A stretch of 24,000 bases of DNA from Alteromonadaceae bacterium 2753L.S.0a.02 (GTDB lineage Bacteria > Pseudomonadota > Gammaproteobacteria > Pseudomonadales > Cellvibrionaceae), in contig VISH01000002.1 in the NCBI GenBank assembly GCA_007827375.1, forward strand, positions 1,366,045 to 1,390,044, written 5' to 3'. The notes beneath the pieces were generated by a model, which saw only the letters and a program-made list of their open reading frames with translations, was not told the origin of the DNA and ran no database searches. The translations under genes and the position numbers were made by a program. Positions 17,957 through 24,000 of the stretch are shown in pieces (the first letter of the stretch is position 1; the number at the start of each line of letters is the position of its first letter).

Positions 17957-17965
17957 TGGTATATT
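17957..17965 (+). promoter_or_regulatory. candidate extended -10 promoter (TGgTATATT) for galU
   Basis: TGn plus TATATT, about 80 nt upstream of the galU ATG. There is no convincing -35. Confidence 0.3.
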
Positions 17966-18043
17966 TCCTGCCTATGTAAATAGGAGGTTCGATAGGATCT
18001 TTTCGCTATTTCCTTTTCATTAGACAACAAGGTGTCGTTCATT

Positions 18044-18877
18044 ATGATCAGCAAGTGTTTATTCCCGGTAGCCGGTTATGGAACCCGGTTTTTACCAGCC
18101 ACAAAATCAATGCCGAAAGAAATGTTGCCCGTCGTAAACAAGCCTTTGGTGCAATATGGTGTTGAAGAGGCTCTCCAGGCGGGGTTACACGAAATAGGCT
18201 TCGTTACCGGTCGAGGAAAGCGAGCTATCGCCGATCACTTCGACGTGAGTTATGAGTTGGAGCACCAAATCGCCGGTACTAGTAAAGAGCAATATCTCAC
18301 ATCTATACGTGACGTTATTGCGAAGGGTTCATTTTCTTTTACGCGCCAAAGTGAAATGCGCGGCCTGGGGGATGCGATTCTGAATGGCCGCCGCCTCATT
18401 GGCAATCAGCCTTTTGGTGTTGTGCTTTCTGATGACCTGTGTGTTGCCGACGAAGACGGCGAAGGCGTGCTCGCGCAAATGGTGAAACTCTTCAAGCAAT
18501 TCCGCTGCAGTATTGTAGCTGTGCAAGAAGTGCCTCAAGAGCAAATTAGCGCTTTTGGTGTAATTGCGGGTAGCCCTCTTAAAGAAAATATCTATCAGGT
18601 GAATGAAATGGTTGAAAAACCTGCGCCTGAAGATGCACCCAGTAACTTGGCGATCATTGGCCGTTATATCCTCACGCCGGACATTTTCGAAATTATTGAA
18701 AACACGCCTCCCGGCAAAAACAACGAAATTCAGCTTACCGATGCGCTGATGACGCAAGCGCGCAATGGCTGCGTATTGGCATACAAATTTAAAGGACGTC
18801 GTTTCGATTGCGGTAGTGTTGCGGGCTTCGTGGAAGCCACAAATTTCGTTTACGAAAACGTATACAGTCAAGATTAA
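18044..18877 (+). CDS. galU: UTP-glucose-1-phosphate uridylyltransferase
   Basis: N-terminal motif [33 protein letters not shown]...[18 protein letters not shown], and EIQLTDA. ATG 18044 ([11 protein letters not shown]) is preferred over the GTG at 18032 that opens the ORF. Confidence 0.93.
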   Translation: MISKCLFPVAGYGTRFLPATKSMPKEMLPVVNKPLVQYGVEEALQAGLHEIGFVTGRGKRAIADHFDVSYELEHQIAGTSKEQYLTSIRDVIAKGSFSFTRQSEMRGLGDAILNGRRLIGNQPFGVVLSDDLCVADEDGEGVLAQMVKLFKQFRCSIVAVQEVPQEQISAFGVIAGSPLKENIYQVNEMVEKPAPEDAPSNLAIIGRYILTPDIFEIIENTPPGKNNEIQLTDALMTQARNGCVLAYKFKGRRFDCGSVAGFVEATNFVYENVYSQD

Positions 18878-18897
18878 TTTTTATTTACTTTCTCTTC

Positions 18898-18930
18898 GGG
18901 GTGATAGTCCTATCGCCCCTTTTTATTTTT
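18898..18930 (+). terminator. rho-independent terminator after galU
   Basis: 10-bp stem GGGGTGATAG (18898-18907) / CTATCGCCCC (18910-18919) with one G-T wobble. It is followed by TTTTTATTTTT. Confidence 0.85.
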
Positions 18931-18974
18931 GGCGTAGCGATCTATAGGTGCTACGACAAATGGATTTACATTTC

Positions 18975-20336
18975 ATGAAAAAAGAAATCACCTGTTTTAA
19001 AGCTTACGACATTCGTGGCCGTGTACCCGAACAGCTGAATGAAGACGTTGCCTACCGTGTTGGGCGCGCCTATGTGGATTATTTAAATGCTTCAAAAATA
19101 GTAGTGGGCCACGATGTTCGCCTCACCAGTGAGGCTCTCACTGAGGCGCTTGTGAACGGTATTACAGATGCTGGGGCCGATGTGATTCATATCGGTCAGA
19201 TTGGGACAGAAGAAGTATATTTCGGCACATTTCATTTGGGCGTTGATGGAGGCATTTGCGTCACAGCTAGCCATAACCCGATGGATTACAACGGTATGAA
19301 ATTAGTACGTGAAGGTTCCAAACCCATTTCGGGAGATTCAGGGCTTGATGCTATTCGCGCAATTGCGGAATCTGGTAATTTTCGAGAACCGGTGCGTCGC
19401 GGTGAGGTGGAGCATCGTAATATCCGACCAGATTATATAGAGCATCTTCTCAAGTACGTGGATATCAACAACTTCAAACCTCTGAAGATCGTTTGTAACG
19501 CGGGTAATGGTGGTGCTGGGGCTGTCGTCGATGCCTTGGAACCACACCTGCCGCTCGAGTTTGTAAAAATATTTCACAACCCTGATGGGTCGTTTCCCAA
19601 CGGTATTCCCAATCCATTGTTGCCGGAGAGGCGTGCAGCTGCGATTACTGCTGTAAAAGAATCCGGCGCAGATTTAGGAGTGGCGTGGGATGGTGATTTC
19701 GACCGTTGTTTTTTCTTTGATGAAACCGGTGAATTTATTGAAGGTTATTATGTTGTTGGTTTACTTGCCGAAGCGTTTATTAAAAAATTCCCCGGTTCAA
19801 AAATAGTTCACGACCCAAGACTTTCATGGAATACGGTCGATATTGTCGAAGCGGGCGGCGGTGTGCCAGTCATGAGTAAAACCGGGCACGCATTTATCAA
19901 AGAAAGAATGCGTGAAGAAGATGCTGTATACGGCGGTGAAATGAGTGCACATCACTATTTTCGCGATTTTGCTTATTGTGATAACGGCAATATTCCGTGG
20001 TTGTTGGTTGCTGAATTAATGTCAATTACGGGGAAAAAACTCTCGGAATTGGTTGCTGACCGCGTCGCCAAATACCCCTGCAGCGGTGAAATAAACAACA
20101 CCGTGAATGACCCAGTGAAAATTATCGAATCAATCGAAGCGCACTATGCTGCTGACGCGATTCTGATGGATAAAACCGATGGTTTGTCCGTTAACTTTGA
20201 GTCTTGGCGCTTTAATATCCGTATGTCCAGTACTGAACCGTTACTCCGATTAAACATAGAGAGTCGTGGAGATAAGGCACTGATGGAGCAAAAAACCAGC
20301 GAACTACTTGTATTGGTGAAAGAGTTTGATAACTAA
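18975..20336 (+). CDS. manB: phosphomannomutase/phosphoglucomutase, ManB/CpsG type
   Basis: From ATG 18975 the product ([33 protein letters not shown]...) is collinear with E. coli CpsG/ManB. Phosphoserine loop [13 protein letters not shown], metal site WDGDFDRC, and GEMSAHHYF. The upstream GTG at 18948 is probably not used. In vivo substrate preference (Man vs Glc) cannot be called from sequence. Confidence 0.9.
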   Translation: MKKEITCFKAYDIRGRVPEQLNEDVAYRVGRAYVDYLNASKIVVGHDVRLTSEALTEALVNGITDAGADVIHIGQIGTEEVYFGTFHLGVDGGICVTASHNPMDYNGMKLVREGSKPISGDSGLDAIRAIAESGNFREPVRRGEVEHRNIRPDYIEHLLKYVDINNFKPLKIVCNAGNGGAGAVVDALEPHLPLEFVKIFHNPDGSFPNGIPNPLLPERRAAAITAVKESGADLGVAWDGDFDRCFFFDETGEFIEGYYVVGLLAEAFIKKFPGSKIVHDPRLSWNTVDIVEAGGGVPVMSKTGHAFIKERMREEDAVYGGEMSAHHYFRDFAYCDNGNIPWLLVAELMSITGKKLSELVADRVAKYPCSGEINNTVNDPVKIIESIEAHYAADAILMDKTDGLSVNFESWRFNIRMSSTEPLLRLNIESRGDKALMEQKTSELLVLVKEFDN

Positions 20337-20352
20337 ATAAACACTGGTGCTC

Positions 20353-20382
20353 GAAAAAAGCCTGGCGATTGCCAGGTTTTTT
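20353..20382. terminator. bidirectional rho-independent terminator between manB and the DoxX gene
   Basis: A-run 20353-20358, stem CCTGGC (20360-20365) / GCCAGG (20370-20375) with loop GATT, and T-run 20376-20382. It abuts the DoxX stop codon (20382-20384). Confidence 0.85.
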
Positions 20383-20843
20383 TATGTGCGTCGAATATTT
20401 TCCAGGGCAATTGCACCGCTGCCATTTTTCAGTAAGTAAATGAGTACCACTGCCCAGAGTAGGTGGGATGCCCAAGCGCCTGGATAAACAAACACCTGAA
20501 TCACTAAAGTTATTATTATCAGTGACAGCGCACTTACTCGTGTAAATAAACCCAATAGTAGGAACAGAGAAAGGAAAAACTCTGCCCAGGTGGTTATGTA
20601 CGCGGCTGTTTTTGCTGGAATAAACGGGAGTGCATATTCGTATTCAAATAACATTAAAGTCGAATGGTTGACATCCCAAAACATCCATTTCTGACCCATT
20701 ATTGTAGAACCCCCCAGCTTGTTTTGCGCAGATGTCCAGAAAATCATAAATACTGCTACCCGGCTTGCCAATAATAGTAACCATTCAGGTAAGAGGGTAC
20801 CCAATTTTTTTGCATAGACGTCTATGAGGAAGATAAGTTTCAT
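20382..20843 (-). CDS. bufD: DoxX-family integral membrane protein (bufferin-operon BufD-like)
   Basis: 153 aa with about four hydrophobic helices and DoxX-like sequence (RVAVFMIFWTSAQNKL..., WAEFFLSLFLLLGLFTR). Its ATG overlaps the stop of the upstream DUF2063 gene (ATGA at 20840-20843). Confidence 0.75.
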   Translation of the reverse strand: MKLIFLIDVYAKKLGTLLPEWLLLLASRVAVFMIFWTSAQNKLGGSTIMGQKWMFWDVNHSTLMLFEYEYALPFIPAKTAAYITTWAEFFLSLFLLLGLFTRVSALSLIIITLVIQVFVYPGAWASHLLWAVVLIYLLKNGSGAIALENIRRT

Positions 20844-21628
20844 GCGCTCGCGCCGGGGTAAATAGAGACTACTAACTGAGAAGCTATCAGGAAAGCGACC
20901 GCTTCACTTGAATTAAAGGCTTCTTTGTAGTGGTACATAGTATGCGCTAGCGCATCATGCAGTGTTTGACCGTTAAAAAGGCATTCAACAAAAGTAAATA
21001 TAGAGTCGCTCAACCTGTAAGTTTCAATTTTAGCGTCCGGTCGAACCACCAAAATACTCTCAGCTGAATTAACCTCTAACTTTGAGGTCGTATTTTTCTG
21101 TTCAGCATGCGCCAACTCCCACAAGCTAAATATTGCGAATTCTGAGCGCAACAGTTGTTTACTGGGATGGAAAGAAAAGTGCGCGCGCGCGAGATGTTGG
21201 TCAGCTATCAATGCGAAGGCTTCGGGTTTTAAGGGTGTTGCCTCTGCGGCGTGGTATGCGCAATGCCGCGCCCAATCCAAACGCGCTAAATCGCTCAAAT
21301 AAGGGAGTTTCTGAACCGGTTCAAAGGATGCAATAAAACGTGGGAATTCTTCGCCAAGTAAAACCATTGCAGTATGTTTTGGCGGATATTGTTCGATGTA
21401 AACTTTAGTCATCGCGTTAAAGAAATCCTCACCGACCATGTTGGCAACGCTGGTGAAGGTCTCTTTCAGTGCATCAATAAGGCCGTAATACACATTGTTA
21501 CGGTAGATACTGAGGCGTTCTTCCAACTCTTCGCGTGAGTAAGGAACAAGTTCCGTCTCGAGTTCAAAAGGCGCCTGATGGCTGAAAACCATTTTTCTAA
21601 ATGCCCGCTGGATCTCTTTAATGGCCAC
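20840..21628 (-). CDS. bufC: DUF2063-family protein, RiPP maturase partner (BufC-like)
   Basis: 262 aa with DUF2063-type N-terminal signature (LSIYRNNVYYGLIDALKETF...VGEDFF...LPYLSDLARLDWARHCAYHAAE). The GTG start is 4 nt after the stop of the DUF692 gene. Confidence 0.75.
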   Translation of the reverse strand: MAIKEIQRAFRKMVFSHQAPFELETELVPYSREELEERLSIYRNNVYYGLIDALKETFTSVANMVGEDFFNAMTKVYIEQYPPKHTAMVLLGEEFPRFIASFEPVQKLPYLSDLARLDWARHCAYHAAEATPLKPEAFALIADQHLARAHFSFHPSKQLLRSEFAIFSLWELAHAEQKNTTSKLEVNSAESILVVRPDAKIETYRLSDSIFTFVECLFNGQTLHDALAHTMYHYKEAFNSSEAVAFLIASQLVVSIYPGASA

Positions 21629-21632
21629 GACC

Positions 21633-22490
21633 TTAACGCAACTCCCTCAGGTATTTTTCAGCTGTTTCGGCTTCATCGAGTAATACTTTTAAGGGAGGGA
21701 TATCGGTATCCCATTCGATCAGCGTTGCTACAGGTTGCATTGTTTTTTGTAAGAAATATTTGAAAAGTTGCCACACATCCTGTTTTACCTTTGAGCCGTG
21801 GTTGTCGATACGTAAAATTTTACCATTGCTTAGGGTTGTTTCACTGTGACCAGCTAGATGGACTTCAACAACGGCGCTGGGATCTATCTGATCGATGTAG
21901 GCGTAGGGATCGAAGCCGTTATTGGTGGCTGAAACAAATATATTATTGATGTCGAGTAGGAGCCCACAATCGGTGTGCTCCACCAGTGCTTTTAAAAATT
22001 CTGTCTCAATATAGTCGTTATTTTTGTATGCGACATAGGTGGATGGATTTTCGACGATGATCGTTCTTTTCAAAAAATCCTGCGTTGCTAGTACATTATC
22101 GCAGGCCAACGCCAAGGTTTCATGAGTGTAGGGAAGTGGCAGAAGATCATTGAAGTAGATGTTATCAACGTGGCTCCAAGAGAGATGTTCTGACACTTGA
22201 TGGGGCTGATAGCGCTCACAAAGCGTCTTCAATCGTTGCAGGTGATCCCTATCAATACCATCAGTGCTGCCGAGTGAGAGCCCAACCCCATGCATGGATA
22301 CCGGGTACAAATTGCGGATGGCTTCCAGGTAGCGATGCTGGGGGCCGCCGTCGCCCATATAGTTTTCAGGATGAATTTCCAAAAAACCAAGATCTGGCTG
22401 GTGTTCAAGAATATCTTGGTAGTGTTGTGCCTTGAGGCCAATGCCAACGCGTTTTGGGAGCTGTAGAGGGAGGATTTGGCTGTTTAGCAT
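21633..22490 (-). CDS. bufB: DUF692 / MNIO (multinuclear non-heme iron oxidase) RiPP maturase (BufB-like; MbnB/TglH/ChrH superfamily)
   Basis: 285 aa. UPF0276/DUF692 TIM-barrel signature: VGIGLKAQHY, FLEIHPENYMGDGGP, VSMHGVGLSLGS, VSEHLSW, VENPSTY, LLDINNIFVSA, EVHLAGH, DNHG. Located immediately downstream of a Cys-rich small precursor gene. Confidence 0.85.
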   Translation of the reverse strand: MLNSQILPLQLPKRVGIGLKAQHYQDILEHQPDLGFLEIHPENYMGDGGPQHRYLEAIRNLYPVSMHGVGLSLGSTDGIDRDHLQRLKTLCERYQPHQVSEHLSWSHVDNIYFNDLLPLPYTHETLALACDNVLATQDFLKRTIIVENPSTYVAYKNNDYIETEFLKALVEHTDCGLLLDINNIFVSATNNGFDPYAYIDQIDPSAVVEVHLAGHSETTLSNGKILRIDNHGSKVKQDVWQLFKYFLQKTMQPVATLIEWDTDIPPLKVLLDEAETAEKYLRELR

Positions 22491-22534
22491 GAAAAAATAG
22501 CCCGCCAGCTAGCGAGCTAGGTCGGTACACTGAT

Positions 22535-22813
22535 TCATTTGTCGGTTTTAGGTTCTAGGCTGCCACCGATAATTGCTTCGCACTTACCGTTAGGTACATA
22601 AATCCACGCATCGCCAATGCCATCTTTTTTAGCTTGCCCTGCACAGCTAGTGCCCTGGCTTTTGATGGCGCAGTCATTCTTGCCAGCTTTAACGATGCCG
22701 TAACATTTTTCCATGGTGGGTTTAGCGGCGTGAGCAATAGTCGTCGAAGATACCATGGCAACCCCGGCGGCGATTGCACTGGAAATGGCGAGATTTTTTG
22801 ACAAATTTTTCAT
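22535..22813 (-). CDS. bufA: DUF2282-family secreted 4-Cys peptide, predicted bufferin-type RiPP precursor (BufA1-like)
   Basis: 92 aa. The Sec signal peptide MKNLSKNLAISSAIAAGVAMVSSTTIAHA|AKP is followed by the DUF2282 pattern EKCYG-x-KAGKNDCA-x7-SCAGQ...W-x-YVP-x-GKCE (Cys37, 48, 57, 78). SD TAGGAG at 22820-22825. Confidence 0.85.
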   Translation of the reverse strand: MKNLSKNLAISSAIAAGVAMVSSTTIAHAAKPTMEKCYGIVKAGKNDCAIKSQGTSCAGQAKKDGIGDAWIYVPNGKCEAIIGGSLEPKTDK

Positions 22814-22847
22814 TGAATACTCCTAAGAGTTCGTGGCTCCATTGAGG

Positions 22848-22890
22848 GAGCGAATTATTAATTGGGGGTTGAGCGAACGCTCGTGAGCGA
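22848..22890 (-). promoter_or_regulatory. candidate operator/promoter region of the buf-like operon
   Basis: Overlapping dyads GAGCG-AA-CGCTC-GT-GAGCG (22871-22889). GAGCGA occurs three times (22848-53, 22871-76, 22885-90). A -10-like AATAAT (minus strand, 22859..22854) lies about 41 nt upstream of the ATG and has no good -35. Confidence 0.3.
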
Positions 22891-22951
22891 TTCTTTTCAC
22901 AGTTGGAAATTGAGACTAAGGCAAACGGCGCTAATTGCCAAAGAGATTTTT

Positions 22952-22982
22952 AAAAAAAGCGCGACCCTAGTCACGCTTTTTT
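22952..22982 (-). terminator. rho-independent terminator after pgi
   Basis: Stem AGCGCGAC (22958-22965) / GTCACGCT (22970-22977) with one mismatch and loop CCTA. It is flanked by A7 and T6 runs, and starts 18 nt downstream of the pgi stop. Confidence 0.7.
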
Positions 22983-22999
22983 GAGCTTGGTGTTTGAAT

Positions 23000-24000
23000 T
23001 TAAAGCGATTTGTTGGCTTCGTTGAATTTACGCACTAACGTTTGAGTGGATGAGTCCCAATCGCCAGGAATATCGGTGGTGCTAATGGCGGTGGCGATAT
23101 GTGTGCCGAGTAGCTTACCGAGCTCTACGCCCCATTGATCGTAAGAGTTGATATTCCAGAGCACGCCGAGGGTGTAAACCTTGTGCTCATAAGCCGCGAT
23201 TAGTGCGCCAAGTGTTTCGGGCGTGAGCTTTTCCATGAGTACCACATTGCTAGGGCGGTTGCCTGGGTGAACCTTGTGCGGCGCCAGAGTGGCAATTTCC
23301 GCTTCACCGACGCCAGCTGCACGCAGCTCGGCTTCTGTCGTAGCCAGGTCACGCCCGGTCATCAATGCTTGGCTTTGCGCTACGCAATTAGCGAATAAAT
23401 ACTTATGTTGGTGCGCAATCGGGTGGTGAGCTTGCAGGGTCGCGATGAAATCGATGGGCACCATAGTGGTTCCCTGATGCAACAATTGGTGGAATGAGTG
23501 TTGACCGTTAGTGCCTTCAGTTCCCCAAACAATGGAACCCGTTTGGTAATCGACTTTTACGCCATCTTTGGTCACGCTTTTACCGTTGCTTTCCATCTCT
23601 AATTGCTGAAGGTAGGCGGGCAATAGCTGCAAGTGGTACGCATAGGGCAATATGGCCTGGGTGTCGCTACCCATTAAATTGCTGTACCAAAACATCAGTA
23701 ATCCCATTAGCACGGGAATATTTTTGTCCAGTGGGGCGTTGGCGAAATGCTCGTCCATGGCTGCGGCGCCGAGCCGCAATTTGTTAAAGTTTTCCATACC
23801 CACAGCAAATGCGATTGGCATTCCAATAGCGGACCACAGTGAGTAACGGCCGCCTACCCAGTCCCACAAGGGGTAGACGTTCTCAGCATCGATACCGAAT
23901 TCCACCGCCTTGTCGACCTTGGAGGATATTGCCACGAAATGATATTTCAGCTGGTTTTCGGCACAGCCGTTATCGAGCATCCATTTGCGAGCAGTTAACG
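23000..24000 (-). CDS. pgi: glucose-6-phosphate isomerase, C-terminal ~333 codons; 5' end lies beyond the window
   Basis: The reading frame stays open past the ATG at 23980 to the window edge (..LTARKWMLDNG..). It is collinear with E. coli Pgi: WDWVGGRYSLWSAIG, QQLEMESNGK, GTNGQHSFHQLLHQGT, FDQWGVELGK. Confidence 0.96.
   Translation of the reverse strand, partial: LTARKWMLDNGCAENQLKYHFVAISSKVDKAVEFGIDAENVYPLWDWVGGRYSLWSAIGMPIAFAVGMENFNKLRLGAAAMDEHFANAPLDKNIPVLMGLLMFWYSNLMGSDTQAILPYAYHLQLLPAYLQQLEMESNGKSVTKDGVKVDYQTGSIVWGTEGTNGQHSFHQLLHQGTTMVPIDFIATLQAHHPIAHQHKYLFANCVAQSQALMTGRDLATTEAELRAAGVGEAEIATLAPHKVHPGNRPSNVVLMEKLTPETLGALIAAYEHKVYTLGVLWNINSYDQWGVELGKLLGTHIATAISTTDIPGDWDSSTQTLVRKFNEANKSL

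Noticed and set aside
17991-18010. AGGAGGTTCGATAGG was noticed because it contains a strong SD-like AGGAGG and a tRNA T-loop-like GGTTCGAT.
   Set aside because: No start codon lies within 5-12 nt downstream of the AGGAGG. No acceptor, anticodon or D-arm structure surrounds the T-loop-like motif.
17827-18054. The track extends the fabA ORF to 250 aa, starting at 18054 and overlapping the galU start.
   Set aside because: The first 76 residues have no FabA homology and look like translated intergenic DNA. The ATG at 17826 yields a 174-aa product that matches E. coli FabA end to end.
18329-18871. A 180-aa ORF runs antisense to galU. Similar antisense or alternative-frame ORFs occur inside glgA (7826-8194), the MFS gene (13234-13671), uvrA (11074-11445), glgB (547-822) and fabA/fabB (17216-17626).
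   Set aside because: These are shadow ORFs inside well-supported genes. They have no recognisable domains, atypical composition and no SD.
22491-22534. The GC-rich CCAGCTAGCGAGCTAGG in the bufA-bufB spacer was considered as an attenuator hairpin setting precursor:enzyme stoichiometry.
   Set aside because: Only a 4-bp CTAG/CTAG stem can form. This is too weak to call, although the minus-strand T-run next to it made it tempting.
22810-22842. A 10-codon upstream ORF (MEPRTLRSIQ*) has a TGA stop that overlaps the bufA ATG.
   Set aside because: It has no SD, it is very short, and it would start within a few nt of the predicted transcript 5' end. It is most likely a chance ORF, though ribosome profiling could test it.
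22921-22940. A sigma54-like TGGCA...TTGC element (minus strand TGGCAATTAGCGCCGTTTGC) lies upstream of the RiPP operon.
   Set aside because: The GG-to-GC spacing is 5 nt longer than the strict -24/-12 geometry (TGGCAC-N5-TTGC). No enhancer-binding protein gene is nearby.
1-24000. I searched for CRISPR arrays, IS elements, integrases, phage genes, toxin-antitoxin pairs, and rRNA or tRNA genes.
   Set aside because: No repeat-spacer periodicity, terminal inverted repeats, transposase/integrase-like ORFs or structured RNA gene signatures were seen. All large ORFs are accounted for by the features listed.

Overview
This looks like a core chromosomal segment of a gammaproteobacterium. GC is about 47-48% by eye, and the uvrA/MFS/ssb and fabA-fabB layouts resemble Pseudomonadales- or Cellvibrionales-type genomes, but the taxon cannot be fixed from sequence alone. 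Nearly all of the window is coding. From left to right: a glycogen operon glgB(partial)-glgX-glgP-glgC-glgA with a small cytochrome b562-like lipoprotein gene at its tail; uvrA (-); a VpsT/CsgD-family LuxR-type regulator (-); a 360-bp AT-rich control region; a YajR-like MFS transporter; ssb; a degenerate RmlD-like protein; fabB and fabA (-); galU; a ManB/CpsG-type phosphomannomutase/phosphoglucomutase; a four-gene minus-strand operon; and pgi (partial, -). The four-gene operon (22813..20382) is the standout. It encodes a Sec-signal, 4-Cys DUF2282 precursor, a DUF692/MNIO oxidase, a DUF2063 partner and a DoxX membrane protein. This is the architecture of bufferin-type RiPP metallophores, a class characterised only very recently and only in Caulobacter. 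Secondary points of interest are the VpsT-like regulator with a variant W-V-P-R c-di-GMP motif inserted into the uvrA-ssb locus, an RmlD-fold protein that has lost its cofactor and catalytic residues, and the lipidated cytochrome b562 homologue apparently co-transcribed with glycogen genes. I found no rRNA, tRNA, CRISPR array, transposase or integrase. All homology calls come from by-eye comparison with remembered family sequences and motifs; no database search was run.
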